From assembly GCA_000708835.1 (NCBI GenBank), contig DF237169.1:62001-126000 (forward strand): a DNA stretch of 64,000 nt. Direction: 5' to 3'. Shown one piece after another: positions 34,901-46,538 of the stretch. Every line of letters starts with the position of its first letter. Position 1 is the first letter of the stretch. The notes beneath the pieces were generated by a model. That model was not told the origin of the DNA. It saw only the letters and a list, made by a program, of their open reading frames with translations, and made no database searches. This DNA comes from Klebsormidium nitens (taxonomy: Eukaryota > Plantae > Klebsormidiophyceae). The translations under genes and the position numbers were made by a program.

Positions 34901-37900
34901 CCATCTTTCCTCTGTGCAGAACCAGCATTGCTGCGGCGGTTGTTTCGCCAGCGAGGAGAGCCTGCACGGAGGGCTCGCAGAGGTCCGGGTGTGGGATAAA
35001 GTCCTCTCTGACGCTGACGTAAGTGACCGCCTGGTTCGGAACGTCGTGACATAAATGATCGCTGCACTCTTCTCCGCTTCGCATTGGCTTGAGCGAAACC
35101 TGCTGGTTCGCTTGATTTGCAACTCATCTCAACTGCAGCGCAACATCGTCATGAGGAGTTTGTTGAAGCAGAGCTGATACTGGTGGTGCCGCTACCCGAA
35201 CAGCAATGCAGAGGAACGAGGTCTATTACTAGGAGTGCGAACAGAGGGGCGATGTGGGGCAGCAATTACAATTTCCGTTGGTTTGGCTCGCTCACAGTAA
35301 GGCACAAATGGATTTTGCGACACCGGTTTCAAACACTCTTACTGGCCACCTGACAACGACCTTGATTTCACTGCGTTTGCAGATTAGCGCCCACTACAAC
35401 CAGCCTATCCAGAATCCGGCCTCAGAGAAGGACCTTGCAATCTACTATGATTTCCAGAGGTGGGATCAATATGAAGGCCGTCGTTTGAGATCGGGTGTCA
35501 CTCGGTTTTCTCGTTGCTTGCCGTCTAATTGTGCGAGTTCGCTTTTTGCAGCCTTTTCCTACAAATGTGGCGTCAAAGTGTTGTCAGCTTTAAGATGTAG
35601 AACGCTGACATCATAAAGCTTTGGTACTCTTTTTGCCATCGGTAGAGTTAAGAGCTAAACGGTTTTGTGGTCGTGGCACCGCCTTGTACAGCGGACTTGT
35701 GAGGTCCATCGTTTGGGTAATGCTTGGCTTCAATAAAAGTCCCCCAAAAGGAAGGCCTCTGCTCAGTCTTCGTTCCGTTTGGATGAACTTGTGCGTCAAA
35801 CGCAAGAACCTGTAATACAATCAAACACAATTGCTCGTCTTGACTGAGAAAAGAACGAACCGAACTGGTCAGCTGGCGATGCTTCCCTTGATGTAGACGT
35901 CGAGTGGCTACCAAGCTGAAGAACTTGAATGGACACTCTTTGAGCCCAAACCTTTTTGCATTTTTTCTTGCTCAGGGATCAAGAGTCCCGGTATATGATC
36001 GTGGATGCTTCCGGCAAGGGCAATGACCTCATTCTTGGGAGCGCAGCGCCCCTTTGGCAGGTAAGCTTCAAGTGGTCTGCACCGTTAAGTTGCCATGCTG
36101 CTGTTGCAAGATACTCCCAGATCCGGTTAAAAGTATGCTGAGAAAGAGGGAACGCACTTTCCCGGTTCTCTTTCCGACTCCGTTGTCGGTGTCCTTGCTT
36201 CATATTGACACGCGGCGCAAAACATTCCACACCAAGGAGCCCGGGTGGCCGTTTGATGGCGCCTGTAAGCACTGCGTTTCGAGCACGTTTCTTTGACAAG
36301 CTACGAGCTTTCGGAAGCGTGCAGATCACTTAAGGAATCTTTCTGGCGACGTTAGACAATGAATATGGTGGGGTCTCTTTCAAAATCTGCTGCTGTCATT
36401 CTTCTGCTTAGGATTGATCCGACGCGATTCTGTTGCTTTGAGGTCAGAACAATATGTTCGTGCATGTCCTCTTGACCAGTGGCAAACACGACAAAATTCG
36501 CTTATGGTGTTCTTAGGAATCCACGTGTCCTCTGGAGGGCGAGTCCAAAGGCCCACCCCCGAACAGGAAAGGATATGCCGCCAGCCTCGACGGAACAGAG
36601 GCCCTCCTAGCCACGGCGGTGAAGGGTTTGGCTAATGACCAGGTAAGTTTCTGCTGGGCTGATGGTGTGTGCAGGCCATGTGTTTCAGTATCCTTTTACG
36701 GCTCGCGATATGCAGGTTCCAGCTTGTTTGCTTGTCTGACCTCCTGTATCGCTTTGTTTTACAATGCATGAAGGAACAAATGTCGGCTTGATTGTGAAAC
36801 AGCACTTTGCGGTGCTATTCCCACACTTGGTAAGCTCATGGCAATGTCAAAGTTATCCACTCCTGACGATCGATCTGATGTCAAAGCAATCTACTTTCCC
36901 GCCTTTCAAGCCTGATTTGCGTGGCGAAGTTCTTACTCTCTTGCCCCATAGCAGACGCGAGAAGTGGTTGAAACAAGCTCTTTGTCTCGTTTCTGCAGTT
37001 TACGTTCGAGGTCTGGATGCGCTCAATTGACGTGTGCAACGATGGCACGCTCTTTTCGTACCGCTTTGGTAACGGACCTGCGGACCAAGTCTATCTGATT
37101 AGGTGAGCGTCGAAAACATTGCTTTTTGGTGCTTTGTTTCACATGGTGGATTTTTGTTTTTGGCGTCGCTTGTCCCTAGGTTCAAAGAGGACAAGAGCAT
37201 GCATTTTTGGCATCGGACGGCGGTTGCAGACGCCTTTTTGAGAACTTCTGCTTAATCGTATATAGTTTTGTACAAGTTTGTATTCTGTGCATATCAAATT
37301 GACAAGCAGCACACACGATTTCGCGGTTTCCACCAACAGCTTTTCAAGCAGCTTGTCGTACTATTTTCGCAGAGGGGCGTTTTCGCTCTGATCTTGGAAG
37401 GGCTTCTGCTCTTAGTCTCTGTCTTTGCTTTCTGCAGGCGATCCGATTTGCGGGTGGGGCTCGAGATCGCTGTGAACGGGGACGTGAAAGGCACTGGCCT
37501 GCGAGCTGCCGACGGCACGTGGCACCACATCGCAGTCACGTGGAACTCTGCAGACGGGAGGACGATTATGTACAACGACGGGGTGGAGGTGTTCCGGGAC
37601 ACCTTCTCGAAGCAAAAGTGAGCTCCTTTTGCTGGTTAAGAGGAATAGCGTTTGTTATAATGCTAGGTGACTTGTGTCAACTGAGCGCGTTTCTCAAGCA
37701 ATAAGCATGGAAGTTGGTAGTCCGCCGAGGGAGTTTATATCTAGGTGCTTTTGATTGCTGACCTCTAGGACCTCGACATGGTGGTTTGTCTCTCCTCTTT
37801 TATGCGCTACTGTTTCAGTTGCTGCTTGTGGGGGCGCTTCTCAACGGTGGAGCGGCCGACCGTCAAAGCACCGCACATGATCCGCCTTCAATTTCTGCAT

Positions 37901-40631
37901 AGTTCGTTGGTCCCAGCAGGTTTGATTTCGAATCAAAAGGTATTGACAGCTGTCTAATCGTGGACTTTTAGTTGTTTCAAATAGTGTAGGCAAGTTTCTT
38001 GGCCCTCGTTTGCAGGGCGATTGCGGAGGGGGGCACGCTGTCCATTGGCGGCCACCTGGGCTGCGTGGGCGGGTGCATAAATTCCTCAAGCCCGATCAGT
38101 CCCGGGGACTCTTTCGTGGGCGACTTGGACGAGATCCGACTCTGGCGAAAGGCGCTCAGCGCGGCAGACATTGCTGCCCGGTGGAAGATGTTTGATATCA
38201 AGGTAAGCAAACTGTTTCTGGTTTGCAGTCGAAAGAATGGCGTTGTGTTTGGAAGTTGGTGGAGGTGGTTATGGTTTGCGTTGGAGGAGGTGACTTCAGG
38301 ACGGGTTGAGAGAGATTCTTTTCAAGCTTGTTCATGGACAAGGTTAGACGAGTCTTCCCGTTTGCAATTGAAGGAAGCCCTCCATCTGTTTGACACGGAA
38401 GGACCGGGCGTTTGTGGCGTTCTTGCGTCCAAATTGCCTGGAACTGACGCGCAGCTGTATGTCAGACGACGGCGTTCTGTCTTTTGACATACTTGCTTCT
38501 CATCAGCTTGAAGGCTTTGAACAAAGCGTATCTTTGCCGGAAGTGGGATACGTTCATACTCCTTTCATGTGTCAAAAGCTTTGGTGGTGAACTTGACCGA
38601 TTGAATGTATGCGGCTGCAGGCGACCAGCGATCTGGCTGGGTATTGGACCTTCGACGAGGGCCAGGGTTTCGCCACCCGGGACGTGGGTCGGTACGGGAA
38701 TCACCTTTCCTTTACAAGGCCGCCCACGTTTTTGGTGAGTTCGGGATCTTGCTCTACTGTTTGCAGCTTTTGTCTTGGTGTAGTTGCGCACGGGATGGCT
38801 CCAACCTGAGGAGATTGCTTGTACATGTATTCCGGAGGACATCATATTGTTCCCCAAAATACTTGACCGAGGAGCTTGCTGCGCTAACGTAAAAGCTTCT
38901 GACCATTTGGTATTAGTTAGCCCTGATGATTCTTTCGTCTGCAAGCTTTGTGGTTCGCCTTATGGGTCAGTCCAGCACCACTGAGAAATCAGATCTACCA
39001 GAGTTGTTCTGCGACCAAGTGTTTTTACGCACAAGCCCGTTTAGTTCAAGGCGTGGCGGCATGTCATAGTGATTGTCCAGGTTCGAAGGCCGGCTAAGCA
39101 GCTCTTTCTGAGAGCTTGTACGCTTCACTTCTCAGCTCTTCTGACATGATTCGTCTCGGTATTTCGATTGCAGATAAGCACTGCTGGCGAGTATGCTGCG
39201 ACAGGGGGGCAGCCCCCTCCAGGGGGCAGCCGGAAGGGCTTCCGATGGGCATGTGAGTAATGGCTCCATTCATGATTTGCCTGTACTCGGTCGAAATAAC
39301 AAAACGCTCCTTGCATGCTTCTGAAAATTTCCTTCGTCCGCCCTTAAATTGACTGCCTGCGAGGGTTTCTCTTGATTCCTGGAACCCTTCAGTCCTTGTG
39401 GTCAAAAGGCTGTAGGAAAGTACTAGTCTGATGATAACGCCCACGCATCGGACCCGAACTTCTATTCACAGCTCGACTGGTTCGCGCCCAGAGGAGCTTA
39501 AATAAGCCACAACCGTCATTTCTGGAGCAGGCTCTTGTGACACTCGATGGACTCGATACTGTACTGTCAACTATGTTCAGAGCTACAAGACTGTCTTAGT
39601 GATGACTACCCTTTCACCTACTTGCCCTTTCTTGTCTTATGCAGCATTTTTCATCACTGTCCTGGGCTTGGCGGTGTTGGGCGCCGTCGGTTATCTCGTG
39701 TACCTAAGATGGGAGGTCGTCTCGCCACTGTAAGGAGCGTTCTCCTATCCTTTCCGTGGCTGGCTGATTGTGGTTACAGTTTGTTCTTTCTCTTTGAATT
39801 GACTATCTGTTGCCGGTCTTTAGACTCAGCAAATGACATTCTCTGTTGGAGAGAGCTGGAATTCTGATTGGCAGAGTTACTTTTAAGACCGTCGGCAACT
39901 TGAAGGCTCTTCGAAGGCTCTTGAAAGTGTCTCCATCAAAACCCGCTCATGATGTTGAGAAATGACCGCGCCGTATGCTCATTTCGTGTACGTGTTTGAG
40001 CAGGAAAGTATCCCCCCAAGAACGTGTTGGATTTTTCGCGAAACCGCTTTGTCTTTTCTGTGTTGTACACTCATCGGATTGCAGCAGGTTGGCCCCGCTT
40101 CGACTTATGTTCGGCACTGATTGTGCCCTGTTTCCACAGTGTGGACGTGGCTTTGGATACGGGTGTGAACGCGTTCAACAGCGTGAAGGAGCGCTTATTT
40201 GGGCAGCGCTATGCGCGGAATACGCTCCTGGAGGAGCTCGACGGGTAAGCAAGTTCACAACTGACACCCATCGGGAACACGGGTTTGCAATACCTGGAAA
40301 AGGGCTGCGCTCTTTCTACGGCGACTGGTGCCAAAGCCAAGTTCTCTGACGTGTTTTGCAATACATCAGCCGATCGAAATATTTTGCCATTCATATGGGC
40401 TGTCAGCTTTTCATTGGCTGTTTACGCGCCTTTCAAGGACGACTTTTGGGAATTTTTCCGGTCCAAAAAGAGCTGCTCTGTGTTTCAACGGATTTGAGCG
40501 TAGAGTCCGTAGGCTGTTGCTCGTCGAATCTAAGCTCATTTTGAGATGAACGCATTCTGCGATGCAGGGGCCTCGATGACTACACGCCGCCGCCAGAAGA
40601 CATGGCAGACTTTAGTGCTGGAAGGCATTAA
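28969..40631 (+). CDS. Type-I membrane protein with signal peptide, three tandem pentraxin/LamG-like (ConA-fold) domains, one TM helix and a short acidic tail (~850 aa, 22 predicted exons)
   Basis: Signal MAGVSAHCLLLVFLGSLLSAALA (28969-29038). Each repeat carries FT/SxExW..FSY (TFETWL..PFSY; FSVEMW..LFSY; FTFEVWM..LFSY), WHH.A.TW, C.GGC (DCVGGCF; HCCGGCF; GCVGGCI), G..DE.R.W and L.GYW..DE. TM FFITVLGLAVLGAVGYLVYL at ~39646-39705. Tail exons ~40140-40245 and 40568-40631. Intron phases are consistent throughout. Confidence 0.85.
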
Positions 40632-41515
40632 CATTTTTGGATCTTCTGCTCCTGCCGTTGTAACCAAAGCTTAGGCGCAATGCTATCTCAAAATCTTACA
40701 TTCCGTTGTTTTGAACACCTGGGTTCCTTTCAGCAGCTTGTTTAATCCAGAGCGCATTATCGGTACAATGTTGTTCGTTCATTGAAGGATCGATGCACTG
40801 TATGATTTCGTATCCTGCTTGTCTGGCACCGTTGTCGATTGAATCATGCCAGCCAAACCCATGACCCTTTGCAACTGGCAACATCCGACATGACCGTCCG
40901 GGTCTCACCTGATATTTGCATCTTGGTGTTGCATAAAAACTCAGCTTTGAATCAAGTTCAAGAGAGAGCGGCCTCCTCGCTCGGCGGACAGCAGACATAC
41001 TGAAATGATAAATCCATCCATTAGGATCTCAACGATCGCGATATATATCATTTTATTACTAACGCCTGCATGCCGCCACCTCGCGACGGTCATACTGACG
41101 TGCGCAATTGATGTTTCGGGTGGATAATATGTATCATGCACTCAGTTAAAAGTACGTTCAACGCGTGCACAAAAGAAGTAATTGCATATGGTCAGAACGC
41201 ATACGTACCTCCAATTGGGATCTTTCGGATTACCCGGCGCTGTTTAATCCCCCGAAAGACATGATCCTCATCCAATCATCAGCTCCTTCTCAGCTGCATG
41301 AGCCCATCGCACATGCACGTGTACATAGTACCATGACTGCATGCTACTAACCTCTACGTTTAGTACTGGACTCAGATCCTCTACCCCAGGATGCTTTGTA
41401 ATTCGATGTCTACCTTCTTGTTGCCGCCAGCTGAATCCTGTTGGTCGAATATACGGGTCTGAGCCTGCGGCGTCTAATTTCCCTGGCCGACTATGTACGG
41501 GCTATTTGAAGCAGA

Positions 41516-44480
41516 CTACTGGGCGCCCGGGCGAGATGTTTCGACCGGCAGACCCGCGAGCACCCACGCGCGGAAGCCTCCTTCAAGGACGGCCAGGTCC
41601 TGGAAGCCCTGAGGTGTGAAGAGGGGCGCACGGAGGTTAGTCGTTGACCGGATTCAGCGCGTTGAGTCGACGAACATGGTTACGGGCAGTTAACTAGCAA
41701 ACACGGTCAGAGGGTCACTTGGTTTAATACGATTGTTTCAAGAAGACCCACTGGTTCAAGTACCGCATTCTTGACCGAACTTGAAAGCCGTGCGGTGACT
41801 TTGGGCGCCACAACATTTCTGGCCCAAATTCAGGTTTCAAGCTATTGCGTATTGAGCGCGAAGGGACACCACGTGGCTAGTCACGAGCGCTTCTCTCGCG
41901 GAGCGCTTCACTTTCGCCGTTCAACAACATAGCTGCAGATTTCTGATTCATTTGAGAACGTCGCAACAAAGATCCATGGCCCTTCTCTGTAAGCAATGAA
42001 TTCCAAGCCCCTGTATATCTGAGGCAGTAAAATGGATGGCGATGGGTTAAGGAAAAAATTAATCGGGCCAAATTGTCAGGGCGACGTTCCCACCTGCTGA
42101 GACAGGTCGACGGCGGCCGCCATCGAACGGGATCCGCTCTGGCAGCCCTGCAAATTGCAAGAAGGTGTCAGCGCAAACGATTCGAGATTGGCAGGAGGAG
42201 ACTGAGAAAAGAATGTTGGCGCAGTGCTGTATTGATCACGATTGTCTGGTTGGGAGTTGGTTACGGTGCATGTATCATACATGAGGAATTGAATCGAAGT
42301 TTCTCGAAGACTGGCAATGGAGAAATAACAAAGGCTTCGTCAAGAAGCTCTGCTCAAGAATCTCAAAAAATGACGTTATCCGTTAATCTTTTCATCGAAA
42401 CGAGAAGCAAATCAGCCCTTTCCGCTTCCAACATACGAGCAGGGTGCGAACATACCCCTCCGTTGCACAGAACGTTGCTCAAAAGGAAAGAAAGCCAACA
42501 CGAGCTATTTGACGTGGATTGTAGCAGGGACTCAGCAAGAAGCTTACCGAGACCTCAGGATCAGATGAGCGGCTATCTTTGCGCATCAGATTCGGCAAGC
42601 AGAGGTCTCAGATGTGCTTCGTACACGAAGGGATTGGTAAGATGATCTCAGCTTACCAGCACGATCTCGTTATTTGGGTCGAAGTCTTCCCTCATCTGAC
42701 GCTCGAAGTTGGAATTCTTTGTCATGCCTGCGCAACAAGTCGAAGTTCTGGTTAGCAGAGTGAGAGGATGCGTTCATGTCTCATTGGCCTCCCCCGCTCC
42801 AACAGACGTCGGAATGTTTTAATGACATCGTATCATCAGCTGGCGAAGGTGCTGTCGTAAGGCAAAGAAACTGCAGACGTCGACTGAGTGTGCGTATCTT
42901 CGGACCTCAGCCCAAGACGTTCCCTAACAAACTCACAGACTCAGCACTTCGAGATGCTTCTGACCACAGTTGGACACCGTCGTGCCGTTGCTTCTTGCCT
43001 TAGTTCTCCTCGCCAGATCACGGTGTAAACAAACCCATTTAGAAACCAAAAGCCGCGACACCAGGGAAAGGGCAGGGAACCCCACCCCATTCTCATATCC
43101 TACCTTTCAGCAAATCAGACCTCACATCCCCCACGCCCCATCTCTGGGCTCCAACTTACTGAGGAATCACGTGAGACTTTCCTCAGCCAAGACACTTACC
43201 CCTTGCCGTCCTGAGCATGTAAGGAACGTTGGCCGCTCCCGGCGGGTGGCCAGCCGCGTACTCCTCCGGTGTACGGACGTCGACGTACGGCCGCCCCTGC
43301 CTGAGCAGCTCCGGCACGTCTTCCACGGAGACGGTGTGCACGCCGTGCGGCTCGAACTGCGCGTGGGACTGCGCGTGCGGCTGTGCGTGCGCGCGCGAGT
43401 GCGCGTGCCCGTGCGCGTGCGGGTGGGTGTGCCTGTCGGGAGAAGTATAACTGGATTGGCTCTCTGGTTTGGGAGTTTCGCGCAAGCAAACGGAGGGAGG
43501 TCGAAGAATTCTAAAACGCAGATGCGGAAGCGAATAATTGGGCAGGGCTGTAGATTTTCAGAAGATGCGAGAAACAGCAGAATTCCTCGACTGTCAACGG
43601 TGAAAGATGCAGCAAAGATTATAGCGCTCGCGTTCAGACTCTCAGCGAGTAGCAGGATGTATTGTGGCTTACAAGAAACCTGATCGGAAGATGGCCGGCA
43701 GACCTAGAGCATGAGAATCTGAGAAAATTCGCACAAAACGCATACACACTATCAGATCTTTTGTAAGACAGAAAAGACGTCCTCACTAACGGTCAAGTCA
43801 AAAATCGATCCTACTATGCTGCATGGTAAGCACATCCTCAAAACACCAACTTGGAGAATCCGTGAAACAATGACACGAAATTCCTGGCGCCTACTCCGCG
43901 CATGCACGACTTGTAAACCGACGTAAGATATCAGAAGCTTCAATGCCCGTTTTTGGTCGGCTGCAGAACTCGTGGCCGAACTGGGTACTTTTAGTGCCCA
44001 TCTATTGCCACTTGCTTTCCAATTTCTATTCAAGATCACATTCAGCACCTCGTGAAAGACGGACTACGCTGGCATCCATCTTTCAGTATGCATGATTGGT
44101 GGAAAGAAGGAGCGGGTAGCTATTGCTGGCAGTGTCTTCTCTCCTTCAGGCCCGAAAGGGTGCCTGCATATCGATACGGGACCGGCGGAAAGCCCTTCAA
44201 TGATTTCAAGGCATGCAAAGATTTGAACAGCATGAGGATCTCAACCGTCGCTCAAGTGTTTCTTGAGAGAAAGCAACAATTCAAACAACTTTGCAGTGCG
44301 TCGTAATTGGTAAGATCGAGCGGTATATCCTGATTCATGTAGAGAACAGTTGGCTTTTGTCTTTGCTTACCTCTGAGCGGTCCAGTACAGGCTTCTGGCG
44401 TTATTTTGCAGCCTTTGGGGCGCATGCAAAGAGGTGAGCAAAGAGCGAGTGCTGCGGAAGACGCGAGCCGCTGTTGCCAT
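41516..44480 (-). CDS. Single-domain rhodanese/thiosulfate sulfurtransferase (STR16/STR18-like) with a mitochondrial-type presequence
   Basis: Exons 44371-44480 (MATAARVFRSTRSLLTSLHAPQRLQNNARSLYWTAQR), 43200-43432 (YVDVRTPEEYAAGHPPGAANVPYM), ~42657-42727 (GMTKNSNF..IVL), ~42094-42147 (GCQSGSRSMAAA, catalytic Cys loop) and 41516-41608 (GFQDLAVLEGGFRAWVLAGLPVE..*). Confidence 0.92.
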
Positions 44481-46538
44481 GAGTCTTCTTTCCAACTTTT
44501 GAGCGAAATAAGATGTCTCCTGGGGCTGCGTTCACTCTAGGCCTACCCCTACCTACCACGGTTACTGCTTCAAGATCGCTCATCAGACTCCCAAAACTTC
44601 CTCAATCTGCTATTCTGCCTTACCGACTCGTTGCAGCTTCGAAGTTTAGGCCCGACATTTAAGTCGAGTCTTGACATCTTGCTTTGTCGACGCTGCCTGT
44701 CCAATGATTCTGAAGACTTCGAAGGATTCATCGCAGCTCAAACGTGACTTGGAGATGGATCGCAGCCATGAGAACATGCATCGACCAGAATAGGCACCAG
44801 CGCATGCCTTCTGCGTGCATGCTTTGCAGAGCTGGCAACCCAGTATTCATGCGTACAGTACCAAGACAACATGGCCGCGCAATGGCCGCGCCCGGCGGCA
44901 GGCGACCTGACTACGGTGCGGCGGCACCGCGGCCGACGGTAGCAGCGAGTGCAAGCCGGGGGTTCCGACCTGCGGGGATTTCGGATTGGACCTAGACTCG
45001 CGGAGTCCGGCCGGCCGAACGATGAGTCCGGACTCCTCTGCACTCACTGCCAGTTCAGTCTCTGGTCGATCCGAGGGGCTTGAGCCTTGGCCCTAAAAAT
45101 TGCTTGAGCATCGTGAATGTGACCTGCAGAGGAAACTCCCGCCACATTTTGAAGTTTGAAAAGGGAGCGATCAGATCACCACCATCATGTAGGTAGGTAC
45201 CGTAGGTGATCCAGTGAGATTAGGTACCTAGTCTCAGAGATGTGCAGGGGTGGACAGTGAACAGTTCAATACAGGTAGCCTAAGAATCTGAGCAGTCTAC
45301 CTACCTGGATTTAAGCGCACCTCAGAAGCAAAAGCCGGGCCCTGGCCGGACGCTTGACGTTGGCAGTTCTAATGGAAATGGAGTGTGGTGCTCATGCGTG
45401 CTCCCGAACCCAACAGCATTTGCAGCGCAAGATAGTTGAACAGTAGTTGACACTCACCCTGCGATAGCTTGTAAATTTGCAGCAGACAGTAAAGCTGGTA
45501 CACTCTCAAAACTGGCACTGCCTTCGTCTGTGGCTACAAGAGTGAAGAAAACGGAGAGTGAGGCAAAAATCCTGCAGGAGCAGCACCCGAGCTCCTGGGG
45601 AACCACAGACCAAGACGAAGTGAGGGTAAGTGTGCTTTCATCTAGGTAGTATCTTCTTGTTTCTTTGTCATTCCAAGCACCGGTTACGCAACGATTTACA
45701 TCCTTGTTGGACACCACTATCAGCTACAAGACAGCTTGGAGTGGCCTCCAGACAATCTGGATGAGTGTACAGCCTGCTCTCACAAAAGGCTCACGTGCGA
45801 GCTTTTGAGGAAACGTTGTCCACCTTGAGACTGAGACCTCTTCATGTATACCCTCTAGGAGTATTACTTGTCATTGGACCTCAGCTTCTGATACCAGCAT
45901 TCCTGCCTTCGCATGACAATAACAGGCATGTGAGCTGCCCTCTGTCCAATCTGTATCTCGCTCCTTTCGTCAATCGTGACATCCATGGGGCATATAACCT
46001 CCCTGATTGTTCTTGCAGAAACTAGGCAACAGACATGCATTTGATTCGCTGTTGCTGACAGAGCTGCAGACCACCTACCACAGTGCGAACCTGGCGTTCA
46101 TTCGCCCAGGAGCGCCAACAGGAGCAGGCGTTCAACTGACGCAAGCAGGTAAGAGATGAGCAAGACAGAAAATCTTCCATGGGTCTATGGGGGTTCTGGA
46201 CGCTTTTTGGTACTATACCAGCTTATCAGCAGACGATAGCAGATCTTCATACATGCTAAGATGGCATACTCTCTCTTCTAAAGGTGCAATGGTCTGCGTA
46301 AAATGCTGCGGTATTTACGATCTAAAACTCATCGTTTGCAAAATGCAAGCAGTATACCGTGCTCGCCTCAATCCTTGTGATTAAATAAAGCCAGAGCGCA
46401 GCCTGGTGTATAGCTTTCCAAATTGTTAGACTGCCCACTACAGCAGACATGCCAATGAATGTACTGTGCTGCTATACTTTTAACACTCAGAAAATAAGTA
46501 TTGGAAAATGGCAAACTCTGACCATTTTTCTTCTGCAG

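Noticed and set aside
40696-40998. 100-aa intergenic ORF (also 57126-57353 and 61162-61494)
   Set aside because: No GC3 bias, no splice context and no recognisable domain.
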